From NCBI GenBank assembly GCA_050230475.1, contig JBFLGF010000066.1, forward strand, positions 1-64,000: 64,000 nucleotides of DNA, written 5' to 3'. The DNA is from Ancylonema sp. Its lineage: Eukaryota. Positions 1 through 13,415 of the stretch are shown in pieces; within the stretch, counting starts at the first letter, position 1; each line of letters opens with the position of its first letter. Made by a program: the position numbers and the translations under genes. The notes under the pieces were generated by a model, which saw only the letters and a program-made list of their open reading frames with translations, did no database searches and was not told the origin of the DNA.

Positions 1-3000
1 GAATAATCTAATCCAAATAACTGTCGCACACTATCACTCGTGCGTCATGATTACTAACGGCTGAAACTAAACTTATTCAGATTACAAATATTCCGTACAT
101 CCTAAGGTTACCCGAAATCCAACAGTCCAGACCAAATCTCAGCCGATTTAAAATCCCGATTTCGAGACGGTCTTGAACTTCACCCTTTTCAATTTAGTTC
201 CGATCAGTTCCACCACGGTCCTTTTTGTGATCCTAACAAACAAATACGTTTGGTACGGCACAATCCATGTAGATTTCAGCCATCAAGCCAATAGAAATTC
301 GTTACGAGGTTGCATATGTACGAGCAAAGTAGAACTCACGGTGGAGGGGGGAGGTAACAAAGCTATTTCTACGATTGTTTCCTAGGCCGGACAAATTGGC
401 AATCCGTTGCGACTAGCATGGAACAGTGTATTATTTTAGGCCGGACTCGGACTAGCCATCCCATTGGAATATCCGGCCCGGATAAGAGTGGACCCGGGTC
501 CAGGTGTCCGAACTTCCAATCCAATCCCAGTCCAAGGTGTAGTCTACTTGTCTAACGCAACCACTCTGAACCGAATCTTTATGGACACGTGTCCAATTCT
601 AAAAAAATTATACGCACCGGATTCTCCCTTGTCGTGCCATATTTAGTCGCGTGGCACAACACCCAGCACAACTCGCTTTTTGTCCAGAGCGCCCGACCCG
701 AAACCTTACTTTACTAAAAAAATACTCTAAAAATGTTTTCAATCTATCCCTTAGCCGCAACTCCCCCCAACTGCTAAACCGATCTATCGTTTCAATTTTT
801 CTAACTAGGATGCCAATACGAGTTGCCTTATGGGTTGCATGAACACTAATGCGTTGATGTGAAGACAACAACCGATGACTATGACACCAATGCGTATATA
901 ATGAGTGAAATATTTCATTCAAGTATGTGTGACGACAATCGAATGATGTTTATATCCAGGCATAATCACGATAAGTCAGATTACAATGCACTAAAAGTTG
1001 CTCTTTTATATTATTATGGGCTGCCTACTCACCCAACAACGATATGTGAGGCATCTTCCTTAGCTTGATCAGCTCCTCAACTCAACTCCCAACCACAATG
1101 GAACTAGCGCACATAAGCTTCTAGCACTATACAACCGTGATGCTCAAACGATGTCTAGCTGTCAGTCCATAATAGCTCGTGTGCCTATATAGTATAATTT
1201 AGAGTGATATAGGCACAGATGCCTATATCCCGAATTGTGCCTATAGCAGAACATAGCATGTATAGCGAATACCTCACGTCGAACGGAATACGGTACGCAC
1301 CCGCGGGGGTACCCATATTTCACGTCGGTATTTGGCACGTGTTAGAAGGACCCGTCAAATCATTGTATCGTAATTAAAGTACGGGCGCAATCATGAAACG
1401 ATATGAATGCCCGCCACCTACGGCGCCGGTCAATACGACCGCAGGGCGGCAACCACCACAGCGGTCGTAGCCGCAGCCACCGCTCCCTGTGTACGAAGAC
1501 AACCAGGTGTCGGTTAAAGCGTGCGGCAGAGATGTATGACCGCTAGGTCACGTTAAGCTGTACTACACAAAGTGTAATTATACGTAGACGACAATACGCG
1601 CAGGACGCAATTGTCAGAACTGTACCGACAATGTTCAGGTCCTGAATAAACGACTAAGTATGTTAGTAACGTGTAGCGTGTAACACGGTTCAGTACCGAT
1701 CACCTCGCCTATGTGTTAAGCCGGTGATCGTGTTATGTAGAAGACAAAGTTAGCCTCCCTGAAACGTGTCGGCTAAATGTCGGTCAGGCGGCGGTGATTA
1801 GATTGTCATCTTCATAGGTGTTTGGTAGCTACTCTGGCTCGGAACACCATTCATTCCTCGGGAATATCACACCTCTGATTACAATATATTTGGGGTAATT
1901 AAGACTATTACTGTGAATTCGGCTGTGTTTGTTATATTGTATTGAGTGTTCTTTCGTTCAATATTTGTGTCGGGCACATTACGCCCAGACCTATAGCAAT
2001 CCCTTGCCATAGGTAAACTTGCAAGGACCGAATTCTTAACTTTCGTTTTTCGATCGAAATCCCTTGCCATAGGTAAACTAGTAAGAAATAATTGCAATAC
2101 CATATGCACATCGATTGTGTTGCGAATGGTACCTATGTTGGCTATCGTACTCGCACGGGTGTTGCAATCTACCTAGCCATGGATGTGTTTTTATGTGCAT
2201 GAACCAATGATGACGCATTCACATTGCAGTCACACACATTACAACGCACGCATACAACGAGTCTTGTTATAACGAGGGTTTCACACGTGTGTACATACAC
2301 GATGCTAATAGCTCCCTAGATCGTTGTCGACTATCCGTCTTAATACCGTGGCATCCGATGTCACTCCCCTAGCTCCCCCGCACGTTGTTGTAATCGTGGC
2401 CTTCACCGCCGTCGTTTCAGGCTGTTTGTTCTACCCGTTGAGCCGGATCTGGCACTCCGCACTAGCCGCAACCTCTATCGGCACATAATGCCAAACGCCG
2501 ACGTGTCCCAGCCGTGTCCCCAATTGTTTAGTTTCCCCCGCTGTACCAAATACCTGTTTAATTTTTGTACACCGTCCCGATCGAATCTCGAATCTATGTC
2601 CCGCACGTGTCTTGTACTAACCTGCTCGTGCCCAGCCTCGTAACATACGTGCCCAACCTCATCACTTTTACGCCCAGTCCGTCCAGTCTAACCCAGTTTT
2701 CCAGTCTACCATCTCGAAATCCCAGTCCGATTAGACCAGGGAAATCACCGGAGTGGAATTGGACTGGCCACTTTCCATTCCAGGTTGGGACCCAGACCGG
2801 ACTGGAGCCTGGGCCTCGTTGCTAGTTGCGCAGCCGGCACGAGCACTAATTGCGCGGCGCAAGTTGCGTACTTTCCACGAAAATTCCGGCCGGAACAATT
2901 GGCAATTCCGCGCGATAAAAAAACCCGCGCGAGGAGTTGAATAATAGGAGGACAATATTAGCATATTTTGGGTAAGATTGCGGTTTATCTCCCATGCACG

Positions 3001-3550
3001 CAGAGACATTCGATAGATCGGCAGGCTTCAGTTTTGACGGTCTGGATTGGTGCACGCTCGGTTCCGGATGTCCACGACTGTGGAAATCCCGTCCACGACC
3101 TAGGGAGGTGGATCGATAGGATGTGCAATGCACGATTTTAACGACGCCACGTTGACATCGAGACAGCCATTCTCTACCATTGTACGGTCTTCTTAAAAAA
3201 AAAAAGCGCGTGCTGTGCCTACGTGCTCCCGTGACATTACTTTTCCACGGTAATGCAGTGCATCTTGGCGCTCCAACGACCGAAACAAACTTATGACATG
3301 GCAGCGGCGAAGTCAAACCCAAGTATTTGGCTACCCGCTATGCCGGGCAGACAGAAAGAAGCTCCGAGTATGCGTACAGCGAGGGGCCGACGCGGCGTTT
3401 TCGTCCTCTTCGATGGGGCTATCCGAATCCCGGAGAGTCGCTTCCAAATTGTCAAATCTGTTGGAGACAAGAAGGATTGTATCCACTTCTCTACCAGAAG
3501 CCGCCATCTGATACACCTCTCTGCTTCCGCCATCCAGTCCACTTGTCCTA

Positions 3551-4360
3551 ATGGGTTCCCACGACGACAAATCTGCCCTGTCGGCCTATTCTGCCATTCC
3601 TGCCAATGGAGACTTGGAGGCGAGAACAGACGCTAACCGCGAAGACGATGAACATTCGTGCGGACACGAGCATTTTTCGCACCGCTCCCCCTGGCTCCGC
3701 GCTGCGCTTTTGGGGGCGAATGACGGCCTGGTTTCATGTGCCTCTCTGATGGTCGGGGTTGGCGCTGTGCGGACAGAAATCAAGTACATGATCATTTCTG
3801 GCCTGTCCGGCCTTGTGGCAGGTGCTTGTTCCATGGCAATCGGAGAGTTTGTATCTGTCTACGGACAGAGGGATACCGAGGAAGCTGACCTGGAGAAGGA
3901 GCGCGAAGAGCATTCTAAGGGCCCAGGCGCACGCGAACACGAGCTTGAGGAGTTGACACAGATCTATGTTGAGAGAGGACTGACTTACCGCTTGGCTCGT
4001 GAAGTGGCCGAGGAGCTCTCCAAGATCGATCCCATCCGCGCCCACGCTAGGGACGAGCTCGGGATTGACATAGACGACCTGTCTAACCCATCCCAGGCTG
4101 CCGTAGTTTCTGGAATCGCCTTCTCTATTGGTGGAGTCATTCCTCTGTTGTCAGCGATTTTCGTGGAGGACTATAACACACGGCTGGCGGTTCTTATTTT
4201 TATCTCCTCTTGTGCCTTCGCTTGCTTCGGCGCATTGGGGGCGTACATGGGAGGCGCAAAGATGCTGAGGGCTGCTGCGCGTGGCACGTTCGGCGGGTGG
4301 ATGGCAATGCTTATCACATACGTGATTCTTAGCGTGTTCGGAACAACCGGGAGTTTGTAA
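3551..4360 (+). CDS. Vacuolar iron transporter homolog (VIT1/CCC1 family), intronless, 269 aa
   Basis: Clean ORF with family motifs WLRAALLGANDGLVS, GLVAGACSMAIGEFVSV, AHARDELGID and hydrophobic C-terminal helices. Confidence 0.93.
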   Translation: MGSHDDKSALSAYSAIPANGDLEARTDANREDDEHSCGHEHFSHRSPWLRAALLGANDGLVSCASLMVGVGAVRTEIKYMIISGLSGLVAGACSMAIGEFVSVYGQRDTEEADLEKEREEHSKGPGAREHELEELTQIYVERGLTYRLAREVAEELSKIDPIRAHARDELGIDIDDLSNPSQAAVVSGIAFSIGGVIPLLSAIFVEDYNTRLAVLIFISSCAFACFGALGAYMGGAKMLRAAARGTFGGWMAMLITYVILSVFGTTGSL

Positions 4361-5708
4361 TGCGAGTGGGTTTCACTTGACAATGCATTATGGTTGTTGC
4401 ACCTGGGCGTTCGGGTCTTCGGGTGTATTCGGGTGAGTATTGTAGACGGACAGGAAGTATGATGGAGCATGAGTTGAGTAGGTTTCATGGCCAGAGAGAC
4501 GCTCTGAGCCAGTTCTTAGGGTTAGCATACTTTTTCTTAAGGTGAGACTTGAATTTAAGATTGTTAGGATTTAGAGCCACCATTAACCTATGCCATAGAC
4601 CTTGGGATTTCGGCAGGGCATTGGCCAGATTCGATGGCCCTGAGATTGGACTTGGATAGATTGGATTATCCGACTTGATAGACTTCAGGATAGGATCTGG
4701 TAGGTATGGGCTTAGTTGGTTCCGAGACATATATCAAACATTGATCTGAGGAGAGAGAGTGGGAGGCTTTTGATGAACTCCTCTCACAAAAAAACAATTC
4801 AATAACTGAGTGCAACATGTAAGATATGAATTTGGGATTGGCTGTCGGCATGCATAAAACAATCGATGAGTCATGGGACTAAACGGCAGCTGTGATTCGA
4901 TGTAGCATTATCAATTTACACCCTCCAGAGGGCTGGTCAGGCTTCTGGTGTGATCTCTTGAAGTACATACCATGTGTGGCGTATGGCTGTGTCACAGACC
5001 TGATGTGCAATGTTTGGACGGACATGAGAAGAATGGAATGAGGTTGGAATGATAGCTAATAACATAGACAATGTAAGTGGGCTATGCGCATTCGTACAAA
5101 ATGCACTGGACCTTTTAATGTTCTCCCCTTTCTTGCCCATGCAAACTTGTTTTCATTGGAGGGGCAGAAATTGATTGTCTTGATAATGAAGAAAGATTGA
5201 AAGTGAAAATAATAATTAATACATGTCCGTAATAAGTCACGACGTCTGTCGGGGATCAGTTAATGATCTTCAGCAAAGCCTTTCTTTGCAGTTGGTTGCA
5301 TGGCATGCTCTGAACTGTGCATCGTGTGAGAGTAAAAACCTGAAGTCGCCAACTACATGTTTTGCTCTGGCCCGCAAAAGATGAGTAACATAGAGCCAAG
5401 CGATGTAGCGTGTAGCAATGAAGCATGCGAATAAGTCGGAGTTATCGAATTTTAGATTGCTATTTCCGGATGAGGTGTCCTACACACCACTTCACTTGAC
5501 ACCTCTCTCATGTTCTGTCCGTTATAACATTCATTCTAACAAACAGTAAAACAGTGTCCCCACCAGTGTGACACTAGTTTGATGGATCATTGATCATCTC
5601 TCACCACATTCATATACAATCGAGGATGGTTTTGCTCAGTTAGGGGCGACAACATAGGATGACTTTATCTAATTAGAGGTGATGACATCCTCGTATGTTG
5701 CAGCCCTA

Positions 5709-8700
5709 TCAGTCCAGACCGGCACTGTACCAACGAACTTGCGTTTGCCACACAACACTGTCTCGATATTTCCGAGATCCTCCGACTACGACACCTCCCT
5801 GCGCCCACTCCTCCCTCCGAACCCACAAGTCCTTCGCACCATCCAACAAAGCAACAACCTGCAACCAACCAAACGATTCCACTCAACATCCATCATCCCT
5901 ACCAACCGACCAACCGACCAACACAAAACTACAACAACAGAAATAGACGGGATGGGAACCCCCCACACGAGGACAGAACTACATTGCGTGGCCCCCCATT
6001 TGCTTTCGGCCAAAAAAGTGCGACGTCCAAGTGGGGGGGCGACAAAGATGCGGTCCACACGTTTCGATATCGTAACATTTCCGTGTGCTGACGTCATCAA
6101 TGACTCACCACACCCCCATGCCACGTCACCATCTCAGGCTTGCCGCGTCCGGGTAACACCTGCGTCAGACGAGTACGCGTCGTATCAACGTCAATCTCAC
6201 TCATCGGTCAGTGCCATCACTCCCTCCTCCTCTGCTTCCTTCCTTCCTTACACAGCTCACCTCCACTGAATCCACTGCAATGTTGGGGGGGAGGCTGTGA
6301 AGCACTCTGCGGAGCGATGAGGAAATGAATCAGTGGGGCACCAAACCCAAACCCAAACCCAAACGTGGATCTGAACAAGAAGCAGAACGCAAACCTCAAA
6401 TTTGAATTGAATTGAATTAGAAATTGAGCCTCGCCCTCACCTGTCCTCCACAAAGTCTACAATTCCGCGCATGTTCGCCCCCCCCCCCACCTGCCCCCGC
6501 CCCCCCAGCCCCAGCTCACTACATCAGGGTGGTGGGGTTTAAGGTTTCGGACCTCCCCAGGGGTGGGCAGCAGCTGCACCAAAGTGATGCTGCTGAATAG
6601 TTTTGCCATCAGGTCTGGGCGGCCTGCCAGGTGGATGGGCAGAATAGGTGTCAGAGGGGGTACAGAACCAGCTTTGGCATGCGGCAATAATTCGCCGCAA
6701 AAACATTCAATCGCTGGAAATAATGGGCGGCAGAACCGGGCGGCAGAAAGAAGTGGCAGAACTAGGTGGCAGAAATGGGTGGCAAAATTGGGTGGCAGAA
6801 AGAGAGAAGGGGAGTGCACCGAGCGAGAGGATGCTTGCAACAACTGCCAGGTGGATGCCGCTCAGAACGGGGCGTCTGCTGTTGCCACCTGGCGGCCGTC
6901 CGTTGGGCAGCACCATCCCCTGCCCCACCTGCCCACCCGCCTCCAGCGCAACAAACTCCTCCAGACTCTCCTCGAAATCCCTCCGCAACCTGAGGGGGGC
7001 GGGTCGGTTATTGCCGAAAAATGCCGGTTATCGCCGGGTACGGGCAGAATGAGCGCACCATGGGTCTGGCACCGGCAGAGTGAGCAGAGGCTGGAAGAGG
7101 TCGGGATGGAAGAGACCCATGGGGGCCACCTGGCAGAGTGGCAGCCCGCACACGTGAGAACTACAAATTGAAATATCATACATCATAAACTACATATAAT
7201 AAATCGTATATTGTAAATTATATATTATAATTTATGTATTATGAATTATATATTATGAATTGTAAACCATATTATAATGTGTATCATAAATTATATCGGA
7301 TATTGTAGATGATATGTTGTATTACACATTACATCACGGAGTAAGCTAACCATGTGTGGGAGGGGATTGGTCGGGAGTGTGCTCACGTTGATGCACGAGG
7401 AGAGTGCTGTTGTGTAGACACGGGTCGCTTCCCCATTCGTTCCCACTCTCAGGACCACTTGAGCGCTCTGCGGTCCCTCCTGCTCTTCCCACCAGATGGG
7501 AGAGGTCTGTATGACTGCCAGCTGTCACGCCCACGAGGCTCTCTCAAGCAGGCGAAGGCTCACCGCCATCTTGCAGTGCGCCGTCTTCATCCCCTCCAGC
7601 AGCGCGAGGTGGTGCGCGTTTCCGCGTGGGTTCAGGTCTGCCAGAGGCCACTCTCCTGCCCTCTGCTGCAGCCACATGGCGGCAGCAGAGATATCCTGCA
7701 GGCAGGCAGGCAGTGGCAGGCACAGGTGGCAGGCTCTGAGACCACAACGCACTGCCACGTCATGCCAGGTGTCACGTGGAGCTGAGGCTCACCTCCCCCC
7801 CAAAGGGCAGAATGATGCGCGAGTTCGGGAGAACCACACCGTCCTGCACCCCATCCCCCCCCCTACTTGCTACATACTTTGCGTCCCTTGCCAGCTGGCG
7901 TCCCCCCCCCACCTCCACACATGCGACAGAGGAGGTCTGCGCCCCGATGCTGACCACGCAGGTGGAGACGAGGCCGATGCCGAAGCTGGCCATCACTGCC
8001 TCCTGCCAGGTAGCAGACGCCAGGTGGACCACTCAGAGCACAGCCAGCCTCCCTCACCCATCATGTGGGAGGGACCCCGCTCCAGTTCAGATGGCGTATC
8101 TGAACTGGAGGTTTCTGTTGTCTATTATATACTCCGAAAATCCAAAACTCCGAACCCCAAGGAAACCGACACCCAGAAACCCACAGACACCAGAACCCCA
8201 AAACCCCAAACCTCCAAAACCCCAAAACCCTAAAAATCCGAAAAAACATGTGGGCCCCCATTCACCTGGTGCAGCACCACCGCGCTGAACCCCAGCCCCT
8301 CCAAAATGACCGTCACCAGCTCCTTCACCTCTGCAGGCCGCCCAACGGGGTGTCAGTGTTGCCGCCCCCGGGCGGAGCAATCAGCCCCCCCCCCCACCTC
8401 GCGACTCCATGGCCTCGGGCACCACCAGCACAGCTGACAGGTGGCGCCACCGGGATGGGTCCACCCCCACCTCGTGCTCCAACGCCCAGTGCCAGATGGC
8501 GCGCAGGTCTGCGCCCACCTGCCCCATGCTGTACTCGGCTGTCACGCTGAGGTGCCCCCTTGTCATTGGCCGCCTCATCACATACGGTTCCCCCGCAGCA
8601 ATGCTGAGCGCCTCCCCCCCACACACGCACCGTCGATACTCCACCTCCTCCTCCCCCCCCCCCCCCCTCTCATCAGCCCCAGCCTCCCCATCCCTCCTGT

Positions 8701-11042
8701 CCTCCCCCCCAGCCCCCACCTCTTCTACTTTCCGCCTTTTCTGACTCCCCCCCTCCTCTTCCTCACCCTCGACAGCCACCCCAGGCTGCCCCCCCCCCCC
8801 CTCCCCCTCTTCCAACAAAATCGGTTGGGGCGATCCAGGCACAGGCAATAGGAGGGGAGGGGGGTCTGACGCGTCAGTCATGGCCACCTCTCCTGAGGGC
8901 GGATGGCCGTCGGTGGAATGGGATGGGGGCTGGGGGTCCACTTCAGGCTCAGGTACATGTCCAGGTTCAGGTTCAGGTTCGGGTTCGGGTTCAGGTTCGG
9001 GTTCGGGTTCAGGTTCGGGTTCGGGTTCAGGTTCGGGTTTAGATCTTTGTTCCGAGGGGGCTTCAGGCTTCACTTCTGCGACAGGATGTGGTTGATCTGC
9101 TCCCCCCCATAAGGGCTGATGTCAGCACAGCCACACTGACCAGGCGAAGGCAGGAAGGGGGTGAGAGTCGCTGACCTGCCACGTCAGCGCCACCTGTACT
9201 CCTCACAGGCTCAGCCTGTTCCACTTCCTCTGGATCTGCCGTCCTACCTGGCGATGGGCCTGCCACGTCAGCCGCCAGATCATCAAATGCAGGCTCTGGC
9301 AGCGGAGGGGTTTCCTCTGCTTGCTGAGCTGGCAGCCCGACTGCAGTGCCAGCTGGCAGAGCAGCTGGGGTCTCGGCGGCCTGCTGAGCTGGCCGCAGCT
9401 TCACGGTTTTCACTTGTGTAAAGGCGTAAGCAGCCGCGGATCCGTGAGGGGGGGGGGGGAGGATGGCGCCCCCTTGTTTTGCCGGGGGTATGTGGAGTTC
9501 TGCCTCGATCTGGAAAGTGAGGGCGCGATGGCAATGGCAATAATCAACCTGCTGGACAGGCTCCAGACTGTTCCCGACCTCCCCCCACTGACGACACTCC
9601 CCCCGTCTTTCTATCCATAGGAATGCAAGCTACCTGAATGAGAAGCTAGTATTTCGAGGATTTTTCGAGTATTTCGAGGATATGGAGTGGTTCAGGACAA
9701 CGTGTAGGGTTTAAGGTTTCGGGTTTGAGATTTAGGGTTTACCGAGGAGGCGACGCGATCCCTGAGCTCAAAATTGGGGCCCGGCCAGATCTGTGACCAC
9801 CCGCCAGACTGCAAAACCAAAACCCCTACATTGAGGTTGAGAGTTCTGCCACTTTCTGCCACCCCCGACCTGAGAATACGATAGCGGCAAAAGTCTCCAC
9901 ATCTTCCCCCCTTTTGAAAATGTTTACACGCACCAGAAAACCGATTTGTGGTGCCTGGCGTTCACAAACCATTTATTTTCTAGGCACATGCGAGAAGCAA
10001 TGTTCCTTCTACGGAAAAATAATATTCGAAATGGTTTACGCATATATATTCCATATGTAAGTACAAACATTTTACAGATGTCATCTATATTATTACATAC
10101 GAATTCGAATACTACAATTTGGTTACATGTGTTTGCTCCCTGCACCAACCACATAGTTTTTTAAAACCCTACCTCTATCATCTCTGACCCTGAAGCCCAG
10201 AACCCTAAAAATCCAAACCCTAAAGAAGTCCATGTGTGTGTTGATGGCGGGATTCAATTCCATCTTTTTTTATTCCGGATCAGGTTATAGCTGCTAGGGA
10301 TTGGTTATTGGTGGGTGGCCTGCTTGCCTGCTGGGGGCCAATCGAGCCCTCGACACTTTTTTTGTCCATTGGTGCGGGTTGAGCCAGCATGGCGCGGGAG
10401 AACCACGCAATGACATGTGGCACCTCCTGGGGCACAGGATGCGATGCCAGACCAATCCGAAGCATCGAAGAACCTGGCATGAGGCGCCACACTGGGAAGG
10501 AATTTTAGGGTTTTTCCGGTTTTTAGGGTCAGTGGAGGGTGATTGCTGCCGAGGTATGTACAGGTAGACATGACAGGTGGCACAGCCCAGCTGGTCTTCC
10601 TGGTATGTGTGACGTCAGATGTGTAGATATCACCCGGTTTCGGATGCACTGTGGGGATAATAGAATGTGTCATTATCGTTAACCGTGATGGTAATCATGG
10701 TTAATAATTATAACAAACAGCGACAGGTTGAAAATACGACCAAGAAATAATAACTGATGAGATATGCTGATACAATTCAGATTAAAATCACAAAATAAAC
10801 AATCAACGAATTGGTTGTATATATTTATGATGGATGCATAAATGGTGATGAGCATTTACTAGACTCTGAAAAATGACTTGCCAGGTGTCACACGTACGGC
10901 ATGACACCTGGCAGGTGAGGGATGTCGAACATTTACCTGGGCAGATGACGACCGTATCCAACCCCTTCTCAGCTCGAAGTTGGGAAGGCGGCACCGACTT
11001 GAAGTAATCCTGCGATAGATGAGACACGCGTCGGTCTTCCAT
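5709..11042 (-). CDS. ARP9: Actin-related protein 9 (plant ARP9 / ARP8-like INO80 subunit), multi-exon
   Basis: Exons read [25 protein letters not shown] (10937-11009), [15 protein letters not shown] (10328-10473, GC donor CAG|GCAAG), [23 protein letters not shown] (8398-9075), [72 protein letters not shown] and [16 protein letters not shown]. Stop TGA at 5709-5711. The start codon and the exon boundaries near 9510-9640 are uncertain. Confidence 0.85.
8963..9040 (-). repeat. Coding hexamer repeat (CCYGAA)n giving a (Pro-Glu)n tract in ARP9
   Basis: GGTTCA/GGTTCG units lie inside exon 8398-9075 and translate as KPEPEPEPE. Confidence 0.85.
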
Positions 11043-13415
11043 TCTGAGCCTTTCATTGAGCGTTCGAAATTTAGGGTTCGATACGAGAGTGACAAAAAGG
11101 GTGATGTGAATGGGAATGACGAATTATTGTGTTCAACGAAGGGTGAACTGATGTTGCATAATGATCGACTTCAACACTTAATTGTTTAACACTTAAGAGC
11201 ATTTCAGGCAGCCTGCAACTTTCGCAAAATATGAACACAAATCAGGTCAATGTCTTAAAACAGTGAAGCGCATGACTCAAATCGAGTCGTGCGTCAGCTG
11301 AGGGTGAACACGAGAATCTGTACTTGAAATGGTTCAAGGTCAGAAAACGCACAGCATCTCGAAGCGCCATCGTGGCGCGAGCAACGTGGCCTTCGCTCAA
11401 CGAGCACAGCAGTCAGAGGACGAAGACGAAGACATGGTTGAGAAATGCCAGTCGTCGTCAGTAAATAGGAATGCTTTGCACAGCATTCTGAGCTAGAGGT
11501 CACAGAGACAGCTGAGCTCAGCAATGCGAACTGGACTCGAAATGCAACCAGCGCCTCAAAAATTTCAACACTAGTAACGAATCACCAGGAACACGGTAAA
11601 GACCGAGTTGCTGGAATGGACTGGGGCGCCTTCATGAAATCGAGAGGCACGTGTGTTTCCACGATCGACGTATCAAATTTGAGGGGTCTATTTGTTTTTT
11701 TGACATTGTTTTTTTGACAACCGACACCTGATTTCGTTGCAGTCAACTACTTGTTGACGATTCTGGGGGAACACAGAAATTCAGCCACTGGCTCGATAGC
11801 TACAAAGTCAACTTCCATCGGACGGCAGCAGTGGCTCATTCAGTTCTAACGCTAGCGATCTCGAAACTTGCACGTGCATGCAGCAGTTTTACTTTTGGCA
11901 TTGTTTAACAGTCGGCGGCACAGACTCGTGAGTACATGGCACACTCGATGCTTGATGTGCATGACTCGCAAAGTGGAGAGCTCACTGTAATGTATGTAAT
12001 GTAATGTACATGCTCTTATTATGGTAATGGTCTGCAGTCATTTACATGGCCCGGACATACCCTCCCCCTTCCCTTCTTTCAGCACAGAGATGCTCTTCTC
12101 ATGCATGGTGGTTTTGACAGTCATCATTACCAAATCTCCGCTAGACTCTGCGAACTGCCCTCTAGACTCGTTGGTAGGAGACGGCGGTGCATAAAGACGC
12201 ACGCGCGCGCACTTGGCAGTGGACGGCAGAGGACGGCTACTTGGCTGTATGGCACGTAATGTTGATTGGCAACCGTAGATTGTACGCATGCGGAAAGCCC
12301 ATGCGCATGCCGCCGTTATTAACTACGTGGCTAGGAGAAAAGACACTGGTATGTGAACGATAAGTCGGCGCCTCAACAATCTTAGATCCTAGTTGCAGCT
12401 AAGAGCTGAACGTTTCGCAATCTCTCCTCTTTGACCTTGTTCGCTCAGAGTGTGCTCCGATAACATACTACATTTTGCATTTGTAAACTCTTTGCATTTG
12501 TCGATTTGTCAAATGTTTTCTATTGGCCTTTACATTTGTGCTCTACATACGATTTGATTGCGCTTCCGTCACGATAGCTGTCACAAGAACCTTGTGCACA
12601 CCCCTCACGCCTCGAACACGTTGCGTTCATGTCCCGGCAGTGCCTTGCCTTTGGGCATTCTTAGTGAAAAGAAATGGGCACACGGTGATGTGAAGCGACA
12701 TGCCATGAGTATTAGTGTGGGTGATGGCGGTTACCATGGGATGCATCGCGTGTGTGGGAAGGCGGGTGTGATTTTGATGATGTCACACGTGTGAGCGGGC
12801 ACACGTGTAGAGTCGATATATTGGATGGTTCGCACGTGTGGGATGCGTGTGGCGATGATGTTCGTTACATCAATGGCATTGCACGTGCAAGAGAGACATG
12901 GTGGTAGTTAGCACAACAACTATAAAAACTCTTCGAGCTGTTGTGCACATTTTGACAAGATGATGATGCGATGTATATGACCATTAAAATATTCGTAATG
13001 TCTATAAATGGTAATTCATAACCATCATGTAATCCGTACTATCAGTATATGATCACGTCATTTGTGTAACTCTTTTACTTGTGCTTGGAAGTAACATTGG
13101 GCCCCCTTTTTTTTTAACCGAACCAAACCAAAGCATTCCTAACTATGAGTAAAGAATGTTTTCATGCGACGACTTCCATATCAAATTGAGTGTAACCGCT
13201 TTATATGACACTGTAATGACACGAAACATTTACGTATAAAATTTGAGCAGAATAAGTGATCTATGTGGCAGGACTTGCATATTGCCGCCTACGACATTGA
13301 CACCCACACCACACCGACCGCATCTCCTTTCCCGACAGTCCCCATTGTCAAATAACTCATCAACCACGTTCCCGTCTGTTTTACACAAAAGCGGATCCTT
13401 GCATCTGTCCACGTG

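Noticed and set aside
10326..10327. GC splice donor in ARP9 as a novelty
   Set aside because: CAG|GCAAG is the standard minor GC-AG class.
12780..12890. Cluster of four CACGTG G-boxes as an ARP9 enhancer
   Set aside because: About 1.7 kb from the start codon, and CACGTG is common throughout the window.
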